Positions 35,977-49,458 of a DNA stretch of 64,000 nucleotides are shown here, in pieces. The notes below the pieces were generated by a model that was given only the letters and a program-made list of their open reading frames with translations, was not told the origin of the DNA and did not search any database. This stretch comes from Methanobacteriota archaeon (GTDB taxonomy: Archaea; Methanobacteriota; Methanobacteria; Methanobacteriales; Methanobacteriaceae), in assembly GCA_963787255.1 (NCBI GenBank), contig CAWBCJ010000029.1, positions 448,001-512,000 of the forward strand, given 5' to 3'. Positions within the stretch are counted from its first letter, which is position 1; each line of letters starts with the position of its first letter. The position numbers and the translations under genes were made by a program.

Positions 35977-37001
35977 TTATCTAGTCAAATGTTCATAACC
36001 ACGAGGCTTTAATATTTCTTCGGCCCCATTTTTGCAAACTAAAATCATTTTACCTGAAGAAGTAACTTCCCCTATTTTATGGAGCGGAATTTCAGCACTA
36101 ATTTGTTCAAAAGTATCTTTTTTAACAGTTAAAAGAAGTTCAAAATCTTCGCCGTAATATAATGCAAATTCTAAGGGATTTTTAAATACCTTTCGAGCTA
36201 CTTCAAGCACTGCATCATTTATAGGGATACATTCTTCATAAATAGTTATTCCAATATTATTACTGCTTGCATTAATTAATTCTCCAATCTCACTTGCAAG
36301 ACCGTCAGTTATGTCAGTAGCCGATGTTACAAACCCACTTTTTGCAAGTAAAAATCCTTCTTTCGATCTAGCTTCTGGATTCAGAGCATGTTTTAGTATA
36401 AGATTTTCGTAATTTTCATCTAAATCTTTAAATTCAAGTTCAGGGTTAAATAAGGTTTCAAAGCCTGCAGCTGCTAGCCCAAGAGTGCCCGTAACAGCAA
36501 CAATGTCACCAGGGGATGCACCATCTTTCATTAGAACTTCCTCTTTTCCTACAATTCCTAAACAAGTTCCGGATATGGTTAATTCTCGAGATTCGTTTGT
36601 ATCCCCGCCAATTAACATCATTTCATATTTGGAGCATCCCTTTAAAATTCCATCAATTAGCTTGTCAAAATCATCCAAGGGCATTTCTTTAGGTAAACCA
36701 ACGGCAATGATAATTCCTATAGGTTTAGATCCCATTGCAGCTAAATCACTCACATTTACGGTTACAACTTTTTCTCCCATCTGATCAGGGGTCATTTCTG
36801 GGGGAAAATGAGCAGATTTAAATAAAATGTCTGAAGTAGCAACTAGATACTTATCTCCAAAATTAATGAGCGCCGCATCGTCATTTAAGCTTTTAATCCC
36901 TAAATTATCAAAAAAGAAGAATTAATTATCTTTGAACTGCTTTTTTTTAAAATACGCTTTATCAGTTCTTTTTCCCCAATATCTGAAACTTTAGGGACCA
37001 T
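35977..37001 (-). CDS. thiL: Thiamine-monophosphate kinase (frameshift in homopolymer near 36910-36950)
   Basis: N-term IGEKELIKR and DDAA read manually; NVSDLAAMG, GGDT, VTGTLG, DITDGL, GEDFELL. Confidence 0.93.
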
Positions 37002-37042
37002 TTTTATAACCGTTTATTTTATTTAATTAAAAAAAAGGAATG

Positions 37043-37480
37043 TTAGAGGGCGCCTGCCACTCTGTCGCTTATTATCTCCACGAGTCTTGCATCGGCACCA
37101 AGAGGTTCGGTATAGATAATTTCGCCTTCAAATTCAATTTCTTCAGTTTCTTCTTCGTGATGGCTGTGACCGTGTCCATGTTCGTGGCTGTCATCCAAAC
37201 CAAGGATATGTGGAATATCCTGTTTTGTGTGAACACCATGAGCTAAAAAGACAGGTGTTACAATTATCTTTTGGACACCCTGCTTTGCAAGCATGTTTAT
37301 TGCCGCAGGTATTGAAGGTTTGGACATGTTCATAAATCCTACCTCAACAAGATAATCAGAATTTTGTTTATACATTTCACCGAGCTTGCTTACAACATCT
37401 TTCCCGTAAGGGAGCCTGCTTCCATGCCCTACAAGTACTACGCCTATTTTAGCAGTTTTTAAGTCTGAATTTGTATCCAT
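37043..37480 (-). CDS. cfbA: Sirohydrochlorin nickelochelatase (CbiX-S family, F430 biosynthesis)
   Basis: GHGSR, GFM, PVFLAHGVHTKQDIP, His-rich loop, EPLG. Confidence 0.92.
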   Translation of the reverse strand: MDTNSDLKTAKIGVVLVGHGSRLPYGKDVVSKLGEMYKQNSDYLVEVGFMNMSKPSIPAAINMLAKQGVQKIIVTPVFLAHGVHTKQDIPHILGLDDSHEHGHGHSHHEEETEEIEFEGEIIYTEPLGADARLVEIISDRVAGAL

Positions 37481-37849
37481 ATGATATCACTCCATCATCG
37501 CCTTCTTCTTTAATTCTTCTAAAGACCATTTCGACTTCATCGCCTATATTAACGTCTTCTACTTTACAATCAACTATTTGGGTTGTTAGTTTTGCCCCTT
37601 CTTCGAGTTCAACTATTGCCACCACATAAGGTGCAATTGTTTTAAACTCGTCTGTAGGGGTGTTTATAACAGAGTAAGTGTGGATTTTTCCCTCTCCTTT
37701 AAGTTGAATATCTTCTAATTTACCTTTCTTCGGCATTCTGGGCATAATACTCTTTTTGGGAAAAATACAGTTCCGCATTGTGAACATTTTGAGCCGATAA
37801 GACTGTAACGCTGTGGTATATGGCGCCAAGCTCTTACTATATCTTTCAT
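37449..37849 (-). CDS. DUF35 Zn-ribbon/OB-fold protein (frameshift near 37725)
   Basis: True N-term MKDIVRAWRHIPQRYSLIGSKCSQCG...CPECR joins KGKLEDI..PYVVAIVELEEG..YGYKF by adding one A; family is the thiolase/HMG-CoA synthase scaffold. Confidence 0.88.
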
Positions 37850-38120
37850 TTAATTTTCTCCTCCATTCCAACCAACTTTTTGAAACTATTATTAGCCTTT
37901 AAAAGATTGGTAATTTAATTATAAAATTAAACTTATAAATTTTAGATGTTTATTACGATATATTTATAAATATCTATTTTGCATAGTTAGTTTTTCATAT
38001 AATTAAATTCTTTGATTTAAAATCATAAAATCTATTAATTTTTCCAACATATTAAAAAAAATTATGATACTTTTAAAAAAATAAGTAAAATAACCTTAAC
38101 TGCCCGAAATATTTCGAAGA

Positions 38121-40994
38121 TTATTCCATGTAGATAGCGGGTTTATAAGGTATTGCATTTCTGGATTTATTTTGCGGATCATAGATGGGTTCTTCATATA
38201 CAACCACTTCAGCACCCAACTCCCTTGATAAGAAATCCAAAGAATCATTAATTATAGAATATTCATCAATTTTACCTACATATTTGATCCTAGTTATTTC
38301 TCTTGATATTTTCTTTGCAAATTCAGCGATTTCTTTTTTATTATCATGAATGTTCTGCTTTATAGATTCACCCATTATACGACCTATATCTGGCCTTCCT
38401 ATTTCTTTTGCAATTTCAAATACATCCCATTTCCATGGAGAAGCAAGATAAATATGTATTTTATCTGGCTGGGTGTCATTTTCTTTATCTCATTTATGTC
38501 ATTTACAAGGCCCTGCACAATTTCTTCAGCCTTTTGAACCTTTTCATCTATTAATTCCGTATTATATTCTGGCCATGGTGCGTTTGATACAAATCCTTCC
38601 CCATCAATATTGTTCCACATTTCTTCTGAGATATGTGGAATGAATCGGTGCCATCAGACGTATCCATCTACTTAAAATATAGATCAGAGTATTTGAAATT
38701 TCTTCTCTTGCATCATCATCTTCTAATTCATATTCTATTCTGTGGAGATAGTGATCAATATCTTTTTTAAACAGGAATAAAGCTTCCTGAAGTGCCTTTC
38801 TTGTTTGGAATCCTTCAAGTGCTTCTGTTGCATCTTTAATTCGCATGTTGACCTGGCTTAAAATCCATGCATTTATGGATTTTTTAACTTCACCAAGTTC
38901 GAACAATTTTAAAGATACTGGAAATCCTTTAATCTCTGCTATGCGGTCAGTAAATTCCTGGAACCATTCAAGACGTCTCTTAATCCCTTTTACTTCTTTT
39001 TCTCTCCAATCAAAGTCTTGCCATGGTTCGGCTGAGGACATCAAAAAGAGTCTTACAACATCTGCTCCGTGGGTTTCAATGGCATCTTCAAGAAGAATAA
39101 CATTTCCCTTTGAAGAAGACATTTTATGACCTTCCAGCAGACCCATTCCAAATACTACAACACCTTTTGGCCATTTATCTTTAGGAAATATGGCAGAATG
39201 GTGAAAAATGTGGAATGAAAGGTGATTTCCAACAAGGTCCTTGGCTGAAAGCCTCCAGTTTAGAGGGTACCAATAATTAAATTCATTTTTAATATCATGG
39301 AATATTTCATCATCTATATTTCCTGAATACTTCGCTCCGTCTAAATAAACGTCATCAAAGAAAGTATCATCAAGATCATCTGCATTAAGGTCTTTCATAT
39401 ACTTTGCAATTGCATAGTAAGCCATGTAAATTGTTGAATCGCTTAATGGTTCTATTAACCATTGTTTATCCCAGGGAAGCTTTGTTCCAAGACCTATTCT
39501 TCTTGAACATGCCCAATCTTCCAGCCAGCCGATATAATATTCAAAATTTGCCCTTACTTCTTCGGGAATTACTTTTTCCTGTTCAAGACATTCTCTTGCA
39601 AGTTTTTTCCATTCTTCATTAGAATATTTAAGGAACCACTGATCTTCAAGAATCTTTACAACTGCTTTGGTCCCACATCTGCATATTACTGGTCTTTCCG
39701 CAAAATCGTGCATCACATCTCCTTTATGGGAAGCAAGAATATTTTCAATAATCTGATCCCTTGCTTTCTGCACTGATAATCCTTTATATCCTCCGATATG
39801 TTCGGACATAACTCCTTTTGCATGTTCCAGCTTATAAAGTTCATTGGTTGCATCCTTAAGTTTAGGATCCTCCTGGTTCTGCACTCCAAATTTTTCAATA
39901 ATTTCTGCTGCAGGGAATTCTCCAAACCCCTTAAGGGTTACAACATTAATTGGCTGGATTTCAAGTACCTTTTCTTTAACATTGTACTTTTGGAGAAGTT
40001 CTTCATTTTCTTTAAGGTCACAAAGTGCAATGTAATCAGCTGGAGCATGTGCAGGCACTGAATAAACTACACCAGTTGCATATTCTGGATCTACAAATGA
40101 TGCAGGGAGTATTATATGTTTTTCATCTGTTAATGGGTTTTTTACATATTTACCTATCATTTCTGGAGCATCTACTTCTCCAATTACTTTAATATCCTTT
40201 TTTTGATGAACAAGATTATCGTAAGCTTTTTTACTTATTATCCAGTTTTCACCACTCATATCTACCTTTATATACTCTTCATCGGGATTTATCCAGAGAT
40301 TTGTAGCACCAAACAGCGTTTCTGGACGGAATGTGGCTGCTACAAAGTAATCACCATCTATTTCAAATTTAACTACTGTTAATTCGTTAATTCCAACACC
40401 TTCACCTTCTAGAAGGTCGTGATCACCCACAGGATTTTCACATCCTGGACAGTATTTTACTGGATGCTCACCTTTACTTACTAAACCCTTGCTTTTAAGC
40501 TTTCTAAACTGCCATTCGATAAATTTTTGATAATGGGCATCTGTAGTTCTAAATTCACGTCTCCAGTCAATTGAATAACCCATATTTTGCATTACATTAT
40601 GATATTCACTACTGAAATATTTTACAATGTATTCAGGGTCTGTAAATTCGTTAAGCTGATCTTCAGGAACTTTATGGATGTTTTTATAGATATCCAGTGT
40701 CCAGGGATCCTTTCTAGCTATTCTCTTAGCGATTCCGATTACAGGTGCACCTGTCACATGCCATCCCATTGGAAAAAGCACGTTGTATCCCTGCATTCTT
40801 TTAAAACGTGCATATACATCAGGTACTGTGTAAGTTCTACCGTGTCCTATGTGCATGGCACCACTTGGATAAGGGTAAGCTACTGTTAAAAACATTTTTT
40901 CCCTATTATCTGGGTCAGATTCAAATAGTTTTGAATCTTGCCATTTCTTCTGCCATTTCTTCTCTACATTATGATTTGTCAAATTAATCACCAT
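38121..40994 (-). CDS. leuS: Leucine--tRNA ligase (two frameshifts, near 38645 and 38475)
   Basis: [27 protein letters not shown]; C-terminal pieces 38399..38620 and 38121..38375 (PYKPAIYME) complete the archaeal LeuRS. Confidence 0.96.
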
Positions 40995-41020
40995 TAAAAT
41001 CAGTATAACCTTTAAATCTT

Positions 41021-41335
41021 TTATCCGCTCATCTCACTATCTAAATAGTCCAAGTAATCTTTAGATCCCTCTATTATTGGAATTGCCAGAATAGCGGGAG
41101 TTTCGTAACTGTGAATTTCTTTAACCATTTTTATAATTTTATCTATTTTTTCCGCTTTAGTTTTTGCAATAAGAAGTGACTCCTCATCAGCCTCTATTTT
41201 ACCTTTCCAAAGATAAATTGATTCAATGGAAGGTATGATATTTACACACGCAACTAATTTTTCTTCAACAAGTTTTTTCCCTATTTTTTTTGATTCTTCT
41301 TTACTTGATGTTGTTATATAAACAAAAGCGTACAT
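41021..41335 (-). CDS. cutA: Divalent-cation tolerance protein CutA
   Basis: LVACVNI, SIYLWKG, HSYETP. Confidence 0.95.
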   Translation of the reverse strand: MYAFVYITTSSKEESKKIGKKLVEEKLVACVNIIPSIESIYLWKGKIEADEESLLIAKTKAEKIDKIIKMVKEIHSYETPAILAIPIIEGSKDYLDYLDSEMSG

Positions 41336-41356
41336 AAAAATTCTCCTTTTTATAAA

Positions 41357-42157
41357 TTACCTTATTTCTGCAATATAAGGTGAAGATAACTTGTGTTTTG
41401 ATGATTCCATCATTTTCTTAATCCTTAACACTTCTTCATCTGCAATTTCAAGGCATTCTGCAACTTCGTGAGTACTTAATTCCTTGTCCATCAGGAGATA
41501 TAGTATTTTATCTAAAGATTCGTATTTTATACCTAATTCTTCTTCGTCTGTTTGGCCTGCCCATAAACCAGCTGTAGGTGCTTTATCAATAATATTTTTT
41601 GGAACTCCGAGATAAGCCGCTACTTCTCTTACTTCTGTCTTGTAAAGGTCTCCTATTGGTAAAATATCAACCCCACCGTCGCCGTATTTTGTAAAATATC
41701 CTACAAGTAGCTCTGTTCTGTTACCGGTTCCGGCTACTATGTGTTTCATTGCGTTGGAATGATAGTAGAGAATCATCATTCTTATTCTTGCCTTTAAATT
41801 CCCATTTGCTAAATCGCTCTTGCTGCATTCAGGACATATTTGTGGGAATGGTTTTATGAGTTCATCAATATGCAAAATCTTGTATTTTATTTTTAATTCT
41901 TCAGCTACTTTAATTGCATCTTTTATATCTTCAGGAGGGGTGCTTTCACTTGGAAGTATAAGTCCGAGTATTTTATCATTTTGAACTGCTTTTGCACAAA
42001 GATAAGCTACTACTGAAGAATCTATGCCTCCACTTAACCCAATAACAAGTCCTTTTGATTTTGATTCGCTTAATTTATCCTGGATAAAATTGCTTATATT
42101 TTCTACTGTTTTTTGCATATCTAATCTTGAAATAATTCTATTTTGCATTTTAATCAC
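41357..42157 (-). CDS. nadE: NH3-dependent NAD+ synthetase
   Basis: GLSGGIDS, NLKARIRM, GYFTKYGDG, PTAGL, QTDE. Confidence 0.96.
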   Translation of the reverse strand: MIKMQNRIISRLDMQKTVENISNFIQDKLSESKSKGLVIGLSGGIDSSVVAYLCAKAVQNDKILGLILPSESTPPEDIKDAIKVAEELKIKYKILHIDELIKPFPQICPECSKSDLANGNLKARIRMMILYYHSNAMKHIVAGTGNRTELLVGYFTKYGDGGVDILPIGDLYKTEVREVAAYLGVPKNIIDKAPTAGLWAGQTDEEELGIKYESLDKILYLLMDKELSTHEVAECLEIADEEVLRIKKMMESSKHKLSSPYIAEIR

Positions 42158-42564
42158 TGTGATTTCTTCATTAAAAATAATCTACATAGAATTGATCCTT
42201 ATTTTTTTATATTATACATTTAATTAGGGAAAGTTAATGAAATTTTGTATATAAAAATCAATTAATGGCATCATACATGTATTATATTTTATTATATTCA
42301 TTTTAGATTCTAAAATTGAAATAATATAATCCAAATAAATATATTTAATAGTCTACAATTATGCTCATTATTATTTATGTTATGCAACTAATTAATTACA
42401 TAATGTCTAGCACTTGGACAAGTAATATGTTGAAGATTATCTAATGCAATTTTATGCATCTGGAGATATAATGAGCGATATTTTATTTTTGAATATTATG
42501 AAAAGGTTTTTAAAAGTCTTTATAATATAGAATAATAGACTTGTCTAAAAATGGAGGATGAAAG

Positions 42565-43173
42565 GTGTCAAAGAGTATTAAAGACATATTAATTGAAATG
42601 AAAAACATGTCAGAATTAATGGTAGATTTATCCTATTCTGCACTGCTTTTTAACAGTATAGACGCTGCAGAAGAAGTTGAAAAGCTTGAAAACAAAATAA
42701 ACAGACTTAATTATCAAATAAAGCGAGAATCTCTACTTGCAGCAAGAACAGTTGAAGACGCTGAAAAATTAACTGCCCTTCTTGAAGTAGGTGAAGCCAC
42801 AGAAACAATAGCAGATTCAGCAAAAGACATTGCAGATCTAGTTTTAGAAGGTATGAGACCGCATCCTGTATTTAAAATGGTTATAGAAGAATCTGACGAA
42901 ATGATAAAAAGATTTATGATATCTAAAGGATTCGAATTAGCAGGAAAATCATTAGGAGAGCTTCTACTTGCTACAAGGACTGGAATGACTGTAATTGCAA
43001 TAAGGAGAAATGAATCATGGATTTATGGGCCTGATAAAAATACCGTACTTGCAGCAGATGATATTTTAATAGCCAAAGGGAATGAAACTGGCGCGACTCT
43101 ACTTGAAAAGCTCGCTAAAAATGAAATTACTCTTGAAGAATGTCTTGAATATGAAGAATTTGTTGAAGATTAA
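42565..43173 (+). CDS. PhoU-like + TrkA-C domain regulatory protein
   Basis: [18 protein letters not shown] helical domain; C-terminal [18 protein letters not shown]...L.A.D. Confidence 0.85.
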   Translation: MSKSIKDILIEMKNMSELMVDLSYSALLFNSIDAAEEVEKLENKINRLNYQIKRESLLAARTVEDAEKLTALLEVGEATETIADSAKDIADLVLEGMRPHPVFKMVIEESDEMIKRFMISKGFELAGKSLGELLLATRTGMTVIAIRRNESWIYGPDKNTVLAADDILIAKGNETGATLLEKLAKNEITLEECLEYEEFVED

Positions 43174-43359
43174 ATATTTCAAAGTTTATTTACAATTATG
43201 GGTTTTTTTTGCTTAATTATTTGTTTTTAATAATTTTTAGAAATTACTAAATCAAGTGTAATAACTTAGAAAAATACCCATTTTTTAATAAATTTTTGGT
43301 AATATTCCCAAACTTTTATAAGTAATAGGGGTATATCTTATTTTATATTATCATAAAAG

Positions 43360-43824
<465 letters not shown>

Positions 43825-43927
43825 ATAGAAATGTCAACGAGTAAACTACTTAATTATAATAATCATTTGAATGGCTTATTTGAAAAATATCAGTGTAAAT
43901 TAGCTGATATGATTTTAAGGTGGTTAT

Positions 43928-45277
43928 GTGAAATGGATGGAGAAAGCACTGAGGAAGACTGGAGAATACATACAAATTCTTTTAAACTGGATGGTCCAAA
44001 TCATTATCTTAGTGTCAAAAAGGTCTTTGAAGGCTCTCTCAATACCATTTATTATTACCAGTAAAATTACAAGTTTTTATAGGGATGTTTCAAGGGTTTT
44101 AGGTGAAACATTTACAGCTCTTTTCATATGTGCTATTGGTGACTTAATAGCAGGTATTCTCCTAAGTGGAATGACAGACACACTTGCAATACTTCCAGGT
44201 CTCTTAGTTCTTATTCCTGGAGCAATTGGAATGAGGGGAAACATATTTGGAGCATTAGGGTCACGATTAGGTTCAAGTCTCCATATTGGTACATTATCTC
44301 CCGAACTAAAAAAATCAGCAGTTTTAAATCAGAACATTGTCTCTGCAATGATTTTAACTATTATCATGTCTATTTTCCTTGCATTTGCAGCTAAAGGATT
44401 TTGTATTCTACTTGGATTTGAAAGTATCAGTATTGTGGACTTCACAGTCATATCTGTACTTGGAGGGATATTTTCAGGAGCACTGCTTTTACCAGCAACG
44501 ATTCTAATTTCTATTAAAAGCTATGAAAACGGCTGGGACCCTGACAATGTAACAACACCATTAATAGCAGCTTCTGGAGATCTCTTTACAATTCCATCAA
44601 TCCTTTTAGCAGTACAAATACTTTTATGGATACGAAATGGGTTTAATGAAGTAATCTTATTTATAATATTTATTATAATTGGAATTATTGGCTTTATTAT
44701 TGGAATAAAAGGTGGAAGCCATCTTAAACGAATTATAAAACATAGTACTCCAACACTTTTCCTATCTTCCATCTTTGGTACAACTGCTGGAACAATATTG
44801 AACGGCAACTTTTCAGTTATTTTAAATAATCCCAGTATTCTGGCATTAGTTCCTTTATTTTCAGGAGAAAGTGGAGACCTTGTAAGCATTCTTGGAGCTA
44901 GGTTATCTTCAGGATTACATATTGGTTCAATAGAATCTTCACTAAGGCCTACAGAAGGAGCATTAAGAAACTTTGGGATAATCATAATTCTTGCAATAAT
45001 TATTTATCCACTTATAGGTATTTTAGCCCATTTAGGGGCAGTATCCTTGGGAATACCATCCGTTGGTATTGAAAAAATGGTTTTAATAAGTACAACAGCG
45101 GGACTAATGCTTACACCATTCATGTTGTTAATTGCATTCTATTTAAGCACTATTTCCTACAGAAAAGGTCTTGATCCAGATAATATAGTTATACCATTAT
45201 CTACTAGCTTAACAGATCCCGTGGCAAATACATTTCTTGTAATTATGGTAATCCTGACTATAGGGACTGTAGTATAA
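43928..45277 (+). CDS. MgtE-family (SLC41-like) magnesium transporter, duplicated membrane domain
   Basis: [45 protein letters not shown]. Confidence 0.9.
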   Translation: MKWMEKALRKTGEYIQILLNWMVQIIILVSKRSLKALSIPFIITSKITSFYRDVSRVLGETFTALFICAIGDLIAGILLSGMTDTLAILPGLLVLIPGAIGMRGNIFGALGSRLGSSLHIGTLSPELKKSAVLNQNIVSAMILTIIMSIFLAFAAKGFCILLGFESISIVDFTVISVLGGIFSGALLLPATILISIKSYENGWDPDNVTTPLIAASGDLFTIPSILLAVQILLWIRNGFNEVILFIIFIIIGIIGFIIGIKGGSHLKRIIKHSTPTLFLSSIFGTTAGTILNGNFSVILNNPSILALVPLFSGESGDLVSILGARLSSGLHIGSIESSLRPTEGALRNFGIIIILAIIIYPLIGILAHLGAVSLGIPSVGIEKMVLISTTAGLMLTPFMLLIAFYLSTISYRKGLDPDNIVIPLSTSLTDPVANTFLVIMVILTIGTVV

Positions 45278-45361
45278 AATGAATAGCATTTACTTTTGCA
45301 TGACATTAAAATAAGGTTTTATAAATCTATTAAAAATAAAAAAAGAATAAAAAAAATTAAA

Positions 45362-46363
<1,002 letters not shown>

Positions 46364-46425
46364 CTATTGATAAATCAATTAAAAATAGATATCAATTATA
46401 GTTACATTATGTTCTTTTTATATTT

Positions 46426-46459
46426 AACCCCCACCTTTTTCCTATAAGAAAGGTGGGTT
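46426..46459. promoter_or_regulatory. GC-rich inverted repeat between divergent TATA-like boxes
   Basis: CCCACCTTT (46430-46438) / AAAGGTGGG (46449-46457), flanked by TATATTTAA and TATATAAA. Confidence 0.45.
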
Positions 46460-46681
46460 GTATATAAATTAATTGTTATGTTATGGCTAAATAGCACTTA
46501 TAATCATTATTAATTAATTTTTAATATTTATTTTCATAAAAAAGAGATTTATGAGTATCTAAAAGTTTAAGAAGTAATTTAAATACTTTTTAAAGCTATT
46601 ATTCTTCCTTTGAATTCTGCTTTTATCAGTATGATAAAATATAATTATAATCATACAAATAGTAATTAAAGGTGATACATT

Positions 46682-46978
46682 ATGCTGTCAAAAATACCTA
46701 TAGACATGAAAAAAGTTAGAAAAGAAGATATTACTAAAGAAGTTTTAAGGGTTGCCGTAATTGCGGAATTAGACGCTATAAATCTTTATGAAGAACTTGC
46801 ATCAGTTGTAGAAGATGAAGATGTAAGAAAAGTCTTTATGGACGTTGCAAAAGAAGAAAAAACTCATGTAGGTGAATTTAGAACCCTGCTCATGGCCAAG
46901 GATGAGGAACAGTACAGAGAAATAAAAAAAGGTAAAGAAGAAGTTGAGGAACTAACTGGAAAGAAATATCCATTATAA
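46682..46978 (+). CDS. Short ferritin-like protein (encapsulin-cargo EncFtn/Flp type)
   Basis: LRVAVIAELDAINLYE...DVAKEEKTHVGEF two-helix ferroxidase motif, 98 aa. Confidence 0.85.
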   Translation: MLSKIPIDMKKVRKEDITKEVLRVAVIAELDAINLYEELASVVEDEDVRKVFMDVAKEEKTHVGEFRTLLMAKDEEQYREIKKGKEEVEELTGKKYPL

Positions 46979-47073
46979 TGCTGAAATAGTAAAAAACTGA
47001 TGTTTTAAAGTCAAAAATGAATAACACTATATAATGAATCTGATAAAATGAGTATGGCTAATTTAGAGAATAT

Positions 47074-47607
47074 ATGGCAACAATTACACCAGATCAGATT
47101 ACTATTTACGGAACAATAGCTTCTGTATTGTTATTAGCAATTATTGTTTATTTTACACGTGCTACACGCCGTAGGATAGCGGGTGCACTAATAGGAGGTC
47201 TTGCAACAGGCTTAATTGTAATTTTAATCGATGCTATAGCATCTTCACTAGGTTTATGGTATTATCCTGGTTCTACAACTGGTTACGGTCCTTTGGGATA
47301 CTATATTCCCAATGCTCTATTTTATGGGGCAGGAATAGCCCTTATTGGATGGAGAATAAATAGACGCTTTGGTATTAAAGCACTGACCGCATTTATAGTT
47401 CTATTTGGGCTATATGGGGTCAGTCGAGATTTTATTTTTACTGCTGTCACATCTTCAAGCAATATTATAGTATTTGGTGTGGGTATTGCACCTGTAATTG
47501 CAGACATCGTTGCTTGGATGGGGGTTCTCACTGTAGCCCAGATTTTAATGTGGCTTATTGCTGGACCGGCTAGAGCGGATAAATTAGCACGTACCCCCGC
47601 TAAATAA
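47074..47607 (+). CDS. Hypothetical multi-pass membrane protein
   Basis: About 5 hydrophobic helices, GLWYY loop. Confidence 0.75.
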   Translation: MATITPDQITIYGTIASVLLLAIIVYFTRATRRRIAGALIGGLATGLIVILIDAIASSLGLWYYPGSTTGYGPLGYYIPNALFYGAGIALIGWRINRRFGIKALTAFIVLFGLYGVSRDFIFTAVTSSSNIIVFGVGIAPVIADIVAWMGVLTVAQILMWLIAGPARADKLARTPAK

Positions 47608-47766
47608 CCTTATTTTACATGAAAAAATGAAATTTATTAGTTTCTTGAATTTAAGGGATTTATTTTAATTTAAATTGATTGCAGAAACTAATTTATTTTT
47701 ATAAGAATTAACCATAGTTATTTATATCTTTGATTAATAATAAAAAAGGTTTTATGAGGTTAATAC

Positions 47767-48153
47767 ATGGTAATTAGAAAAATAACAGCAATATATTCCA
47801 TTATTATTGGAATAATAATGATAGGGATGTGGACATTCTTTCTTGTAGCGGGATTAGTACCAGAATTCAGCGCAAATTCCATAGCAATATCCCTTCACCT
47901 GGTTGCAGAATTTTTAACAGCCATTTTACTTTTAATTAGCGGAATTGGACTCATAATGAAACAAAAATGGGGTTTCAACGTAAATCTTGTTGCCTTAGGA
48001 ATGCTGCTTTACACGGTAATAGTTAGTCCGGGATATTATGCTAAACCTGGTGGAGAAGTATTTCTGGGAATGTTTGGAGTATTAATAGTTCTAACAGCAA
48101 TTTTTGTAGGGGCATCACTTTTAAAAGAGAATGAATTAAGGTTAAATGAATAA
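47767..48153 (+). CDS. Hypothetical 4-TM membrane protein
   Basis: GAGGT SD; HLVAEFLTA and SPGYY motifs; hydrophobic. Confidence 0.78.
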   Translation: MVIRKITAIYSIIIGIIMIGMWTFFLVAGLVPEFSANSIAISLHLVAEFLTAILLLISGIGLIMKQKWGFNVNLVALGMLLYTVIVSPGYYAKPGGEVFLGMFGVLIVLTAIFVGASLLKENELRLNE

Positions 48154-48165
48154 AATATTCATTTT

Positions 48166-48942
48166 TTATTTTGTAATATAATTTTTAAGCGCCCCAATAC
48201 TCTCTAGTTCAACTTCAACAGTATTTCCAACGTTCATTGGCCCAACACCTGGAGGAGTTCCAGTTGCAATCACATCACCTGGCTTAAGAGTCATTATGTT
48301 TGATATAAATTCTACAAGCTCGTAAACATCAAATATCATGTTTTTAGTGTTTGAATTTTGTTTTATTTCACCATTGAGTTTTAGTGAGATTTTTTGATTC
48401 ATTGGATTCAATTCTGTTTCGATGCAGGGTCCTATGGGTGCAAAAGTGTCAAAACTTTTAGCTCGTGTCCACTGTCCGTCTTTTTGCTGTAAATCCCTTG
48501 CTGTAACGTCGTTAAAAACAGTATAACCACCTATAAATTCATTAGCGTCCTGTTCCTTTACTTTTTTTGCTTCTTTTGAAATAACGATTCCAATTTCTGC
48601 TTCATAATCCAGCTGTTTAGAAGAATTGGGATAAATAATATTATTTAAATGCCCGATCACTGCTGTTGGGGGTTTTAAAAAAATAATTGGCTCTTCTGGA
48701 ATGTCCATATTAAGTTCTTTCGCATGGTCTACATAATTTAATCCAACACAAACTATTTTGGATGGTAAAACTGGAGATTCTATTTTAATATCTTCAATTT
48801 TATAAACTGAATCTTTTTTGTATTTTTTAATAGATAATGAGTTAATTGCTTCTAAAGTTGAACATGAAAGCTCTGTTACTCTATTATTTTCTAATAATCC
48901 TGTTTTTTCTTTTCCATCCTTCCTAAATTGTATAATTTTCAT
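48166..48942 (-). CDS. Fumarylacetoacetate hydrolase family protein
   Basis: CVGLNYVDH, FLKP, DYEAE, NDVTARD, KSFDTFAP, TGTPPGVG. Confidence 0.95.
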   Translation of the reverse strand: MKIIQFRKDGKEKTGLLENNRVTELSCSTLEAINSLSIKKYKKDSVYKIEDIKIESPVLPSKIVCVGLNYVDHAKELNMDIPEEPIIFLKPPTAVIGHLNNIIYPNSSKQLDYEAEIGIVISKEAKKVKEQDANEFIGGYTVFNDVTARDLQQKDGQWTRAKSFDTFAPIGPCIETELNPMNQKISLKLNGEIKQNSNTKNMIFDVYELVEFISNIMTLKPGDVIATGTPPGVGPMNVGNTVEVELESIGALKNYITK

Positions 48943-49071
48943 AAATTCACCTAATTAATGAAATCAAGTTTATATTAGTTGGTATATAGAAAACAAAATT
49001 AATAAAATTTACATCTTTTAATTTCAAAAAGAAGGAGTGGAGAAATTTAACTATAATTAGGCTAAAAAAAT

Positions 49072-49371
49072 TTAGTAATCATAAGTTATTTTTAATAGTA
49101 TGGCAAGCGCTATAAGCTCGATAATTCCACCTATGTAAACGGGCCTACCTATTAAAGCCTCGCTGTCAACGATTAAAAAGCCGATGGTGAAAATACTTTT
49201 AATTAAAAGGAGTAAAGCAAATATTATAAGTCCTACTGTAAATCCAATCTTTATTTGCCTGTAACTTTTAGTATAAAGGTACAGTAGTCCTGTTAAAAGT
49301 CCAATATTTGCAATTTCTATAATTACTGCTGCAACTTTGATTCCAGTGTATCCGAATATTTCTACTGTCAT
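49072..49371 (-). CDS. Small 3-TM membrane protein, paralog 1
   Basis: ANIGLL..LLYLY.KSYRQIK..FTVGL..F..; 85/99 aa identical to 51572..51871. Confidence 0.85.
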   Translation of the reverse strand: MTVEIFGYTGIKVAAVIIEIANIGLLTGLLYLYTKSYRQIKIGFTVGLIIFALLLLIKSIFTIGFLIVDSEALIGRPVYIGGIIELIALAILLKITYDY

Positions 49372-49458
49372 TTTAGACCCTTCATTTTATAATTCCTTAA
49401 AAAGTAAGAAAGGAAATTTTTAGTTCTTTTGAATTATCAATCATGATTGAGTTTCATT

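Noticed and set aside
42158-42564. 400-bp intergenic region between nadE and the PhoU/TrkA-C gene
   Set aside because: AT-rich divergent promoter region with no convincing structure, repeat or ORF
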